Origin: Methanomassiliicoccaceae archaeon
Lineage (GTDB): Archaea > Thermoplasmatota > Thermoplasmata > Methanomassiliicoccales > Methanomassiliicoccaceae
Direction: 5' to 3'
Assembly: GCA_040776945.1 (NCBI GenBank)
Contig: JAXGZN010000002.1
Span: 416,001 to 480,000 of the forward strand
DNA length: 64,000 bases
This document shows positions 48,245-58,429 of this stretch, one piece after another; the stretch's first letter is position 1, and each line of letters opens with the position of its first letter. Position numbers and translations under genes: made by a program. The notes under the pieces are model-generated. The model searched no databases. It was not told where the DNA came from and saw only the letters and a program-made list of their open reading frames with translations.

Positions 48245-49174
48245 TTATTTTTCAACCCTCCGCTCTTTTGCTCCTGTTCTGACCACCATGAAGATGGCCA
48301 CGAACATCAGCCCCGCGCCAAGAAGGGTCAGAGGTCCCAGCGGCTCGTTCCTGACCACAGCGCCGAGCAGAACGGCAAAGGCCGATTCGGACAGCAGCAC
48401 GGTCGCCGAGGTGGTGAGGGAGAGCGAGCCAAGGCCGATGGCCCACAGTATCGTGGGGACCGAGGTGCAAAGAAGCCCCACATAGATGATGGAAGGCAAG
48501 GACATCGAGGACGTCTCCCCCGGCCCGCCGGTGAGTAGCATGAGCGCGGCGAGGGCGACAGCGCTTAGCAGATGGAAGGACATCACCCATTCATAGTTGT
48601 CCATGTGCCTTACTGCCAGTTTCGTGATCGGATAGCTCGCTGCGATGGATAGGGAGGCGCCTAGGAGCAGGATATAGCCAAAGAACTCGCTCGAGTTCAG
48701 GGTAGAGAGGTCCCATTGGGTGGTCAGCGTGAACAATCCGAAAAGACCGACCATCACCCCGATCGCTCGGCGGCGGCCGATCACCTCCCTGAAGATGAGC
48801 GCGGACAGAGGGGCCACGAATATCACGTTCCCTCCCACTATGAGGCCTCCGACAGAGGCCGGGGCCAAGGTCAGGCCGACGTACTGAAATGCGATTAGGC
48901 AGGTCGCCGATGCCGTTCCCGCCCAGACCTCCCAGCGCCGGAAGATATTAAGGTCCAGTCCCCCGCGGCGAAAGGCCAGGAGAAGGGCGAAGGTTCCTCC
49001 GATGCCCATGGTGAGGGCGCCGAACAAGAAGGGACTAGCGCCGCCCAGGCCATCTTTGATCACTACGTATTGGGACCCGAACAGGAGGCTGGCGGCCAGC
49101 GACATCAGGAGGGCCGACCGCTCACCCGAAGCCTTCCATTCGACATCAACGCCTCCGCCTCTCACATGGTTCAC
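48245..49174 (-). CDS. EamA/DMT family transporter
   Basis: 10 TM segments in two repeats, with FREVIG..G and EPLGPLTLLGAGL motifs. Confidence 0.9.
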   Translation of the reverse strand: MNHVRGGGVDVEWKASGERSALLMSLAASLLFGSQYVVIKDGLGGASPFLFGALTMGIGGTFALLLAFRRGGLDLNIFRRWEVWAGTASATCLIAFQYVGLTLAPASVGGLIVGGNVIFVAPLSALIFREVIGRRRAIGVMVGLFGLFTLTTQWDLSTLNSSEFFGYILLLGASLSIAASYPITKLAVRHMDNYEWVMSFHLLSAVALAALMLLTGGPGETSSMSLPSIIYVGLLCTSVPTILWAIGLGSLSLTTSATVLLSESAFAVLLGAVVRNEPLGPLTLLGAGLMFVAIFMVVRTGAKERRVEK

Positions 49175-49320
49175 CGGTCAGGGGCGGTAAACAGCTGCCT
49201 GCAAATATCCTTTGCCGCCACCATCGGCCGTTCAAAGCAGCTCGATCGGGAAGGCCGGAAGGATTTAGATATCTGGGAACTGAATAGTAGTTGTGCGGAT
49301 ACCCCGCAGACGCGAGCGCC

Positions 49321-50172
49321 ATGTTCGAAAGGATACTGTTCCCAACGGACTTCTCCGAGCAATCACTTAGGATGTTCGACTGCCTGCTGGAGCTTCACCA
49401 CATGGGGACCAAGGAGGTGATCATCTGCCATGTCGCTCAGGCCGGGACCGCCCTCACCCCTGAGCAGATCTTCACCCTTGACAGGCTGGAGATGAGCTTG
49501 GAGGACATAGGGGTCAAGGCCGTCGAGATGATCGAGGAGGGCGATCCCGTGGACAAGGTGCTTGAGGCGGCCATCAGGGAAAAGGTCAGCCTGATCGCGA
49601 TGGCCTCCAGCGGCAAGGGGCGCGCAAGGGAGTTCCTCCTGGGCTCGACATCCTTCGGCGTGTTGCGCTCTGCCCCCATACCGGTGCTCATCAATAAGTT
49701 CGAGGTCACCGAGAAGGGGGGACGCACCATCGTGACGCCCGCCTGCAGTTCCATATTCCGCAAGGCACTGGTCCCCATCGATTTCTCATCTTGCACTGAG
49801 ATGTGCGCGGAGCTCTTGCCTCAGCTGGCCAGATTGGGGCTTCGGGAGGCCGTGCTCTTCCATGTGGTGGAGGGGGCCCGGGCCAATCTGGACGATGACG
49901 ACAAGTTCAAGCAGGCCATGGACGAGGTCATGTCTAAGATGGACAATCTGAAGCAGAGGCTTACCGAACAGGGTTGTCAGACCACCACCCACGTTCACTT
50001 CGGAACGGTATCTTACAACATCCTGGAGGCCTCCCGCGAGCTCAGCGTTTCCCTGATAATATTGGGCGCGCACCGTAAAAGCCTGCTTCGCGAGATTGCC
50101 TTGGGGGGCAACTCGGAGACCGTGGTGAGGAGGTCCAAGGTCCCGCTTTTGATCATTCCGTGCGAGAGGTAG
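49321..50172 (+). CDS. Universal stress protein (tandem USP)
   Basis: ILFPTDFSE...LLGSTS and LVPIDFS...LGGNSETVVRRSKVPLLII. Confidence 0.92.
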   Translation: MFERILFPTDFSEQSLRMFDCLLELHHMGTKEVIICHVAQAGTALTPEQIFTLDRLEMSLEDIGVKAVEMIEEGDPVDKVLEAAIREKVSLIAMASSGKGRAREFLLGSTSFGVLRSAPIPVLINKFEVTEKGGRTIVTPACSSIFRKALVPIDFSSCTEMCAELLPQLARLGLREAVLFHVVEGARANLDDDDKFKQAMDEVMSKMDNLKQRLTEQGCQTTTHVHFGTVSYNILEASRELSVSLIILGAHRKSLLREIALGGNSETVVRRSKVPLLIIPCER

Positions 50173-50403
50173 GGCTCGCGCACCGGCCGGCCGCCCGCGG
50201 CCACTGACGGCCGGGTCCACATGGCTCGTGAGCGCTCGAAACGAGGGACCAAGGCATGGCAGTTGCGCTCGCGGTCCCCCTTTCTCAATCGGACGCCGAT
50301 GACCAGGGGGCCGGTCATGCAGCGGCGATGCTGGCAAGCTGCCCTCGTGTCCGCCAGGGCTAGGGAAATATTAAGAACAGGTCAGTTGTTGGCTAGGCCG
50401 ACG

Positions 50404-51708
50404 ATGTTCGAGAGGTTGGCCCGATTCATCAACGCCGAGGGAATGGCAGGTCCCGCGTTCGTCATGCTCGTGGCCACCGTTGCCGGCGGAGGATGCAATT
50501 TCCTCTACCAGGTTCTGATGAACAACTACATCCCTGACGACGTTGCCGAGCTGAACACGCTTCTATCCATACTTTACATTGTCACCGTGCCGTCAAGCGC
50601 GGTGCAAAACGTCATCATCCGTTACGTTTCAAAATACAATGCCCTGGGAGAGGCGAGCGTGGTGTCCTGGTTGCTGAAGCGCATCCTGTTCTTCACCACA
50701 GGCGCAGGGGTGGCCATGGCCGTCCTGCTCATTATCATCCTGAGCATCCCGGGGGTCAGCTCGACCCTGAAGCTCACGTCCGCCCTGCCAGTCCTGCTGC
50801 TGGCGATCGGGGTCGTGGTCTCTCTGATATCCCCGGTCGGCCAGGGAACGATGCAGGCCCTCCAGCGTTTCACCGCGTTCGGCGCTATGAACACCGTCAA
50901 CTTCACTCTGAAGCTGACCTTGGGTGTGGGCATGGTCCTGCTCGGATATGGGGTCTCTGGAGCTCTGGGAGGGGTCATAATCGGGCTTGCGTTCGGCTGC
51001 GGAGCCTCGATCCTGTTCGTAAGGAAATTTTTCTTCATGAGGTCCACCGCCATAGAGGCCAAGGAGATCTGGAGGTTCACCGTTCCCGCGACCGTGGCGA
51101 TGCTCGGCTATACCATCATAACCCAGGTGGACATAATCCTCGCCACCAGCCTGCTGGTGAAGGAGCAGGCCAACTACTATGCGGCGGCCTCGTCCCTGGC
51201 CAAGATAATTCTGTTCCTTCCGGGAGCGGTCTCCACGGTCATGTTCCCCAAGCTGTCCAAGGCCCATGCGATAAGGTCCAGGGGTGGTGACGAGAGCAGC
51301 CGCATACTGAAGACGGCGTTCGTTATGACCCTGGCCCTGTCGGTGACCGTTGTCGTAGCATATTTCCTCCTTCCTGACCTGGTGCTCAGCATCCTTCTCC
51401 CGGCCAACCCATACAAGATGCAGATCGCCCCCATCCTGCAATGGCTCGGGGTCGCGATGATGCTACTCGGCCTTGCCAACCTGTTCATGCTCTACGGTCT
51501 GGCTACCGACGGTCATGCTTACACCGTCATCATCAGCCTGTCGGTGATAACTCTGTTCTCTCTAGTGGGGATGGTCATCGGCCTCGGGGTAACGTTCACT
51601 CCCATGTTGGTCGTCATGGTCATGTTCATCACCGGCCTGTTCATCGTCATAATGAGCGGCCTATATCTCTTCGTGGTGGAACGGGAATGGCGGCCTCAAC
51701 GCGCATGA
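50404..51708 (+). CDS. Oligosaccharide flippase (Wzx/MOP superfamily)
   Basis: About 12 TM segments, with NFLYQVLM, QALQRF, QVDIIL..YAAASSLAKIILF..VMFPK motifs. Confidence 0.85.
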   Translation: MFERLARFINAEGMAGPAFVMLVATVAGGGCNFLYQVLMNNYIPDDVAELNTLLSILYIVTVPSSAVQNVIIRYVSKYNALGEASVVSWLLKRILFFTTGAGVAMAVLLIIILSIPGVSSTLKLTSALPVLLLAIGVVVSLISPVGQGTMQALQRFTAFGAMNTVNFTLKLTLGVGMVLLGYGVSGALGGVIIGLAFGCGASILFVRKFFFMRSTAIEAKEIWRFTVPATVAMLGYTIITQVDIILATSLLVKEQANYYAAASSLAKIILFLPGAVSTVMFPKLSKAHAIRSRGGDESSRILKTAFVMTLALSVTVVVAYFLLPDLVLSILLPANPYKMQIAPILQWLGVAMMLLGLANLFMLYGLATDGHAYTVIISLSVITLFSLVGMVIGLGVTFTPMLVVMVMFITGLFIVIMSGLYLFVVEREWRPQRA

Positions 51709-51783
51709 GCTAATAGGCCCGCGGAGGGGAGCGCCACCGCCGGGCTGAAATAGCCGGCGATGGAATGTTCTTGAGCGAGGACG

Positions 51784-53361
51784 ATGACCTTCAAGAACGA
51801 GGACACCTACCATCGTTTATCGGTCCAGGGCAACGGCGAGAGCTTCCACGCAGCCTATGAGCTGGCCGCCGGACGGTTGCTCGAGCAGATAGCCGAGGCG
51901 GAGATCGATTATCCGAACCATATCGACGGCAAGCCACGCTTATCAGAGGCACAATATCATGATCTCAGCCCTGGAGACGAGGACCTTGTGGTCGGCCTCT
52001 TCCAAAAGGGCACCGCTGACGAGGTGGGAGAGGCGGTGAGATCGTCCCGTGAGGCCTTCCGTTGGTGGTCCCGTGAGGACTGGGAGGAGAGGGTGCGCAT
52101 CTTCGAGAGGGCGGCGGACATAATGCGCCGCAAGAAGTACGAACTTGCAGCGGCGATCACTCTGGACAACGGCAAGAACCGCTTCGAGGCCATGGCGGAT
52201 GTGGACGAAGCGCTGGACTTCATAGGGTACTACTGCTCGGAGATGCGCCGCAACAACGGCTTCGAGAGGATGAGCGACCCCCCGTATCCAGAAGAGGACA
52301 TCACCGTCTCACTGCGGCCTTATGGGACATGGGCGATCATCTGTCCGTTCAACTTCCCCCTGGCGATTACCGTGGGCATGACCGCGGGAGCCCTGCTCAC
52401 CGGCAATACGGCGGTGCTCAAGCCCAGCTCCACAGCCCCTCTCCCGGTGCAGCAGTTCTATGAGATCATGTTCCAAGCGGGCATTCCGGACGGAGCGCTG
52501 AACATGATCGCCGGCCCAGGGGATGAGGTCGGAAGCGCCCTGGTCCATCACCCAGGGGTCGACGGAGTGGCGTTCACCGGGTCCCTCAGGGTGGGCCGGG
52601 AGATCATGGCCGCCGCTGCGGGCAGGCAGCGGCCGGTCATCGCCGAGATGGGCAGCAAGAACCCCATCATCGTCACCGCGGAGGCGGACCTTGAGCGGGC
52701 AGCCCGCGGGGTCCTGTCCTCAGCGTTCGGCTATGCGGGACAGAAATGCTCGGCCTGCTCCCGCCTTTATGCCCAGGACCTGATATTCGAAGACCTCATG
52801 GCCCGCCTGGCGGAAGAGGCCGAGGGCCTCAGGGTCGGCGATCCGTTCGAAAGGGACACCTTCATTGGGCCGGTGATAACCAGGAGAGCACTGGATAACT
52901 ATTTGGGATGGGTGAGGAAGGCGGCCGAGGGCGGGAAGGTGCTCACAGGAGGCAAGAGGATAGGAAGCGGCAAGCTGGCAAGGGGGCACTACGCGGCCCC
53001 GACCATCGTGACCGGTCTGCCGGAGGACCACGAGCTGATGAGAACCGAGCTCTTCGTCCCTATCCTATGCGCTCAGAGCTTCTCCTCCCTCCCAGAGGCG
53101 CTGAGGAAGGCCAATGATACCGAGTTCGGCCTGACCGCCGGGATCTTCTCGACCAACGAGGCCGAGCTGAAGTACTTCTTCGACAACATCGAGTTCGGCG
53201 TGGTGTATGCCAACCGGGAGCGAGGGGGGTCGACCGGCGCCATGGTCGGAGGCCAGGCCTTCGCCGGATGGAGAGCGTCGGGATCTACTGGCAAGGGGAC
53301 CGGATCGATGCACTACCTCCAACAGTTCATGCGGGAGCAGAGCCGCACGGTGTGCCGCTGA
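51784..53361 (+). CDS. Aldehyde dehydrogenase, 1-pyrroline-5-carboxylate dehydrogenase-like
   Basis: PFNFPLAI, FTGS, AEMGSKN, FGYAGQKCSACSR, ELFVP motifs. Confidence 0.88.
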   Translation: MTFKNEDTYHRLSVQGNGESFHAAYELAAGRLLEQIAEAEIDYPNHIDGKPRLSEAQYHDLSPGDEDLVVGLFQKGTADEVGEAVRSSREAFRWWSREDWEERVRIFERAADIMRRKKYELAAAITLDNGKNRFEAMADVDEALDFIGYYCSEMRRNNGFERMSDPPYPEEDITVSLRPYGTWAIICPFNFPLAITVGMTAGALLTGNTAVLKPSSTAPLPVQQFYEIMFQAGIPDGALNMIAGPGDEVGSALVHHPGVDGVAFTGSLRVGREIMAAAAGRQRPVIAEMGSKNPIIVTAEADLERAARGVLSSAFGYAGQKCSACSRLYAQDLIFEDLMARLAEEAEGLRVGDPFERDTFIGPVITRRALDNYLGWVRKAAEGGKVLTGGKRIGSGKLARGHYAAPTIVTGLPEDHELMRTELFVPILCAQSFSSLPEALRKANDTEFGLTAGIFSTNEAELKYFFDNIEFGVVYANRERGGSTGAMVGGQAFAGWRASGSTGKGTGSMHYLQQFMREQSRTVCR

Positions 53362-53408
53362 GCTGACTTGAACAAATCATTTAAAGGTGGGGGACGGTAT
53401 CGGCCACG

Positions 53409-53996
53409 ATGCTCGGTCTTGAGGAGATCATTGGCCTGGAGCTAATAAGCTCCGACGCCAGGGTTATCGGCACCATAGAGGGCGTGGGTATGGACCTCGT
53501 CGGCTGGAAGGTCAGGGCCCTGAAGGTCGGCCTCCGCCGAGGCATGGAGGACGCTGCCGGGGCCAGGAAGCGTGTCTTCGGTGTCAGCAAGATATATGTC
53601 AAGACCGGGGAGATGCAATCGGTATCGGACGCCGTCATCATGCGCCGGCCATTATCGGCGCTTGGCGAGATCATTGAACCGGACGGTGACAACCTAACTC
53701 CGGCAGGGGCTTTCATGGGGATGAGAGTGATCTGTGCCAATGCCGCCTTCGTCGGCAATGTTGACAATGTGTTCATAGATACCGACCGCGAGTGGTCCAT
53801 ACCATACGTCCAGGTCAAGCTCGACCGCGACGCCATGGACCAGCTCGCTCTGCAGAGAACGTTCATGGCCTCCTCTCTGATACCCATCCGCACCAGCGAT
53901 GTGGAGGCGATAGGCGAGATGGTCATACTCAGGATCAACATGGACGAGCTAAGAGCCTCCCTCGGCCGCCAGGAGCCTCAGGCGGTCCAGGCCTGA
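53409..53996 (+). CDS. Tandem PRC-barrel domain protein
   Basis: Two repeats of the form G..V...A..VG.V..V.ID...W.V ... IGD/E.VI. Confidence 0.8.
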   Translation: MLGLEEIIGLELISSDARVIGTIEGVGMDLVGWKVRALKVGLRRGMEDAAGARKRVFGVSKIYVKTGEMQSVSDAVIMRRPLSALGEIIEPDGDNLTPAGAFMGMRVICANAAFVGNVDNVFIDTDREWSIPYVQVKLDRDAMDQLALQRTFMASSLIPIRTSDVEAIGEMVILRINMDELRASLGRQEPQAVQA

Positions 53997-54305
53997 GACC
54001 CGGTTCGTTCCCCCCGAGCGGTCCTCGCAAGCCAGGGAGGCGCTCGAGCACTGGCATGGCAATGTTCTTTTACACCCTCTCCCTATGTGGCCGCACGCTA
54101 GGGGCAGGGGCCGGTCTGCGGAAGACCCAATCCGCAAGGGCGATGCCGCAGATGCAAGGCAGGCCGCCGGCGGTCATGCGGACGCGATCGCCCGCTGAGG
54201 CGCTTCCAGACACTGGGCGGAGCGGAGAGCGCCGTCGCCCGCAGGTACCGCTCGAGCCACCGACGGCACGCGTCGGAAGGCACGGAAGAGAACGGAGGGA
54301 CACTA

Positions 54306-55229
54306 ATGATCGAGACCCGGGACCTGACCCGGAAGTTCAATGGAGTGACCGCGGTCGAGAACCTCAACCTGAAGGTCCGGGATGGGGAAGTGTTCGGGTT
54401 CATAGGCCCCAATGGTGCCGGAAAGACGACCACGATAAGGATGATATGCACCCTCATCGCGCCGACCAGCGGCTCCGTGCTGGTGAACGGGCTGGACATC
54501 AACGATCCGAAGGACGCGATCCGGATACGCTCCATGACAGGCTTCCTGCCAGAGGTGCCAGGCCTTTACGAGACGCTGTCGGCCGCCAGGAACCTTGAGT
54601 TCTACGCTTCCCTGTACGATGTGCCGGCGGGCAAGAGGAAAGAGCGCATCAAAGAGCTGCTGGAACTTCTGGGCATCTGGGACCGGAGGGATGACATGGT
54701 CGGCAAGTTCTCCAAGGGAATGAAACAGAAGATCGCCATCGCCCGGGCGCTGGTCCACGATCCCGAGTTCCTGTTCCTTGACGAGCCAACCTCCGGCCTT
54801 GATCCCGTGGCCTCCCTCACCGTCCGCAACTTCCTTCTTGAACTGAAGAAGGGGGGCCGGACCATATTCATCAACACGCACAACCTCGATGACGCGGAGC
54901 GGCTTTGCGATACCATCGGGGTCATGAGGACCCGCCTCCTGGCCTATGGCTCCCCGGAAGAACTGTCGCGGGAGTTCTGGGGCCGGACCACGATCGTCCA
55001 TCTTCGAGCAGTGACCCCGCAGCTGATCGATGCCGCCCGCTCCGTGGAAGGCGTTATGGGCGTCAAGCAGATAGACAACAAGCTCGTGATAGATGTCGTG
55101 GACCCTGAGGCAGCAAACCCTAGGATCGTCAATGCCCTGGTCCGCTCTGGCGGAGAGGTGGAGTTCGTTAACGAGCTGAAGCGCACTCTGGAGGACGTAT
55201 ACGTCCGCCTCCTGGGGGACCGGCAATGA
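54306..55229 (+). CDS. ABC transporter ATP-binding protein
   Basis: GPNGAGKTT, FSKGMKQK, FLDEPTSGLD motifs. Confidence 0.93.
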   Translation: MIETRDLTRKFNGVTAVENLNLKVRDGEVFGFIGPNGAGKTTTIRMICTLIAPTSGSVLVNGLDINDPKDAIRIRSMTGFLPEVPGLYETLSAARNLEFYASLYDVPAGKRKERIKELLELLGIWDRRDDMVGKFSKGMKQKIAIARALVHDPEFLFLDEPTSGLDPVASLTVRNFLLELKKGGRTIFINTHNLDDAERLCDTIGVMRTRLLAYGSPEELSREFWGRTTIVHLRAVTPQLIDAARSVEGVMGVKQIDNKLVIDVVDPEAANPRIVNALVRSGGEVEFVNELKRTLEDVYVRLLGDRQ

Positions 55230-56251
55230 GGCCTGACAAGCTATGGGTGGTGGCCAAGAAGGACCTCGCTGAGTTCCGCACCAACAAGTACGTGATGTAC
55301 TCGATCCTGCTGATGCCTCTCATGTTGGCAGTGGTGCTTCCGGTGATATACCTCATGCCGTTCACCATGACCGGCGGGAGCAGCGAGCCTCTAGATGTAG
55401 GGAATCCGGGGGGCCAGATGGTCCTCGTCGGCGAGACGGTAACCGACGGGACCTATAACGACACGATATTCGACCGGTGCGAACTGGTCAATGTGGTCGC
55501 GGACAACTGCCGCTTCGAGAGCTCCAACCTCAGCAACTGTCTGGTGAGAGGCTCGTTCGTTGGCAATACCACTCTGAACGGTTCGGCGATGTTCCATTCC
55601 AACTACCTGAACATAACGACCATAAACAGCATGTACTCCGACTCGGTGGACATAGGGGACACGTCGCAGGACGAGGCGTTCCTGCTTCAGTTCATCGATT
55701 TCCTGCTGATATTCTTCATCATGATCCCGGTCATCCTCCCGACCGTGATGGCCTCTTACTCTTTTGTCGGAGAGAAACTGAACAAGAGCCTGGAGCCTCT
55801 GCTGGCAACGCCGACCACGGACAGTGAACTGCTTCTAGGCAAGGCCACCTCGATCTTCTTGCCCTGCATGGCGGCCACTTGGGTGGCGTTCGTTCCGTTC
55901 ACGATGGTCGTCGATTACCTGACCGCGGGCACCTTGGGCTACGCTCCCCTGCCTAACGTTGTGTGGATCATAGGGGTGTTCATCCTCGCGCCGCTGTTCT
56001 GCATCATGAGCATCGCGCTCAACGTGGTCGTCTCGTCCAGGGTGAGCGACGTGCGGGCGTCCCAGCAGATAGGCTCGCTGGTCGTCCTTCCGGTGGTGGC
56101 GTTCTTCATCATCTCCCTGGCAGGGTTCTTCGCCCTGGGGCCTGAGATCATGCTGGTGCTCTGCGGGATCGTGCTCATCGCCGACGCAGGGATAATGTCA
56201 TTGAGCCTCAAGACCTTCCAGAGGGAGAACATCCTGGTGCGGTGGAAGTGA
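55226..56251 (+). CDS. ABC-2 permease with an extracellular beta-solenoid-like insertion
   Basis: SFVGEK..SLEPLLATP..ELLLGK motif, with a 5-residue-periodic N/S/T-rich loop after TM1. Confidence 0.85.
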   Translation: MRPDKLWVVAKKDLAEFRTNKYVMYSILLMPLMLAVVLPVIYLMPFTMTGGSSEPLDVGNPGGQMVLVGETVTDGTYNDTIFDRCELVNVVADNCRFESSNLSNCLVRGSFVGNTTLNGSAMFHSNYLNITTINSMYSDSVDIGDTSQDEAFLLQFIDFLLIFFIMIPVILPTVMASYSFVGEKLNKSLEPLLATPTTDSELLLGKATSIFLPCMAATWVAFVPFTMVVDYLTAGTLGYAPLPNVVWIIGVFILAPLFCIMSIALNVVVSSRVSDVRASQQIGSLVVLPVVAFFIISLAGFFALGPEIMLVLCGIVLIADAGIMSLSLKTFQRENILVRWK

Positions 56252-56299
56252 GGGACGCTCCCGCCGCGGAGCGCCCCCGGCGTCCCTTCCGCTCTGACC

Positions 56300-57409
56300 T
56301 CAATCCTGCTTCCAGGTGCTTATCGCCACCCCGGCGATCATCAGCACCACGGTAAGGACGACCACGATCAGCAGGTTGTACATCGCTCCTGAACTGTTGC
56401 CGAATATCATCGCGTCCCTCAATCCGTTGTTGACGTACGTGAGGGGCATGACCTTGGCGATGATCTGCAGATAGTCGGGCATGGACTCCAGAGGGAAGAA
56501 GCTCCCTGCGAGGAACATCATGGGGAAGGTGATGGCTCCCGCCGCCACGCCTCCCGTTTCCTCCTCCTTCACGAACCTGGCTATGATCAGGCCCAGCGCT
56601 GAGAACAACGCGCTGGAAAAGACAATGATCATGACCGAGATCATGTCCAGCCGGAGGTGGACATCGAACATCACGATGCCCACGATCATGATGATGGCCA
56701 CCGACAGGAACACCGTTATGATCTGCCAAAGGATGAGAGAGGTCAACCACTCCATCTGAGTGATGGGCGTGGTGGCTAGTTTCTTGAAGATCCCGTTCTG
56801 CCGATATCTGGTCTGCAGCCCCACCATCCAGTTGACGGTGGTGGTCATCGCCGTGAGGCCTATGACCCCGGGTAGGAAGAAGTCGATGAAATTATACCTG
56901 CTGCTGTCCTCGGACACGCCTTGTATGCTGGTGCCGACAACCATGGTCCCATTGGCCAGATGCAGGTTAATGCTCTGTACCACCGAGTTCACTATCGCGG
57001 CCACGGACAGCGCGGTAGCGCTCGAGTTATCGATCCGCAGCTCCAGCACGGTGCTCTGGCGGTAGGGTTCAGGGGCGAACGCTTTCTCGAAGCCCTCCGG
57101 GATGATCAGGAAAGAAGATATGGAACCATCCTTGATGAAGGCGCTGGCGTCGGTTTCGTTATCGACCATGACGATGTTGAGCACGCGGGTCTGGTTGAAG
57201 CTCTCGATCAGGCCTTGTGAGGCCTCGGAACCGTCCATGTCCTGGACGTACAAAGTGTATGTGGTCGACCCGCTGTTGCTGAAGATCGCTCCGAACAGCA
57301 ATATGAGCAGCACCGGGAACGCAACGGTCCAGAACACCGAACCGGGGCTGCGGAAGAACATCTTGGCCTGGGCGATGAAATTGATCCTGATCCTACGTCC
57401 GGTGGCCAT
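56300..57409 (-). CDS. ABC-2 permease
   Basis: FWTVAFP, FFLPGVIG, KKLATTP, FLAGSFFP, PLTY motifs. Confidence 0.9.
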   Translation of the reverse strand: MATGRRIRINFIAQAKMFFRSPGSVFWTVAFPVLLILLFGAIFSNSGSTTYTLYVQDMDGSEASQGLIESFNQTRVLNIVMVDNETDASAFIKDGSISSFLIIPEGFEKAFAPEPYRQSTVLELRIDNSSATALSVAAIVNSVVQSINLHLANGTMVVGTSIQGVSEDSSRYNFIDFFLPGVIGLTAMTTTVNWMVGLQTRYRQNGIFKKLATTPITQMEWLTSLILWQIITVFLSVAIIMIVGIVMFDVHLRLDMISVMIIVFSSALFSALGLIIARFVKEEETGGVAAGAITFPMMFLAGSFFPLESMPDYLQIIAKVMPLTYVNNGLRDAMIFGNSSGAMYNLLIVVVLTVVLMIAGVAISTWKQD

Positions 57410-57410
57410 G

Positions 57411-58337
57411 TCACTTCGCCTCCCCGTTCTCCTCGAGCCTGCGGCCGGTCAAGGAAAGGAAGACGTCCTCCAGGGTCGACCTGCGTATCTGCACGTCATC
57501 ATAGAACGTGCCGTTGCGCTCCAGGCTCATGATCACATCCGCAAGCACCTGCTTGTTGTCGGCCCGGACGATAACGTCGTTCCCCTTCAGATCCACTCGC
57601 GGTGAGACCTGCTTGAGCTCGGCATAGGCGGCGGCGCCCCCTCCTTGGACCAGGATGACGTTGCCCGACCCGTGCTCCCTAATGATCTCCCGGGGAGTGC
57701 CCAAGGCAATGAACCTCCCGTTATCTATTATGGCCACTCGGTCCGAGAGCACCTCTGCCTCCTCCATGTAGTGAGTGGTGAGGATGATGGTCTTCCCTTT
57801 GGCCTTCAGGCCCTTGATGACCTCCCAGACCTCCCTTCTGGCCTTTGGGTCGAGACCCGTCGTCGGCTCGTCCAGGAAGACTATGTCCGGATCGTTAACC
57901 ATTGATATGGCCACCCCGACCCTCTGCTTCAGTCCCCCTGACAGGTTCTTGAAGTACTCGTCCCGCTTGCTTCCCAGGTCGACCAATGAGATGAGCTCGT
58001 CCGCCGGAAGATGCTCTTGGAACATCCCTCCGAAGTACTCTATGTTCTCCTTTACTGTCAGGAGGTCGAAGGCGTTGAAATCCTGAGGCAGCACCCCGAT
58101 CCGCTTCTTGATCTCCCTGACCTTCTGGTCGATGTCATGTCCGAGCACTCTAACCTCGCCTGAGGTCTTCGTCTTCAGGCACTCGATAATCTCCACCGAG
58201 GTGGTCTTTCCAGCGCCGTTGGGGCCCAGCATGGAGAAGACCTCTCCGCCATGGACATCGAAATCGATACCGTCGACGGCCACGAGATCCCCATAGATCT
58301 TGACCAGACCCCTAACGCTTATGACGCTCTCGGCCAT
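57411..58337 (-). CDS. ABC transporter ATP-binding protein
   Basis: GPNGAGKTT, LSGGLKQR, FLDEPTTGLDP, TTHYMEEAE motifs. Confidence 0.93.
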   Translation of the reverse strand: MAESVISVRGLVKIYGDLVAVDGIDFDVHGGEVFSMLGPNGAGKTTSVEIIECLKTKTSGEVRVLGHDIDQKVREIKKRIGVLPQDFNAFDLLTVKENIEYFGGMFQEHLPADELISLVDLGSKRDEYFKNLSGGLKQRVGVAISMVNDPDIVFLDEPTTGLDPKARREVWEVIKGLKAKGKTIILTTHYMEEAEVLSDRVAIIDNGRFIALGTPREIIREHGSGNVILVQGGGAAAYAELKQVSPRVDLKGNDVIVRADNKQVLADVIMSLERNGTFYDDVQIRRSTLEDVFLSLTGRRLEENGEAK

Positions 58338-58429
58338 ATCCAGTCACCACTAGATGACTCTCGACTTATAATAATGATATGAGGCATATATGGTGTAAGG
58401 GACTACAGGGTCGAAGGCTTGAGGCGGAC

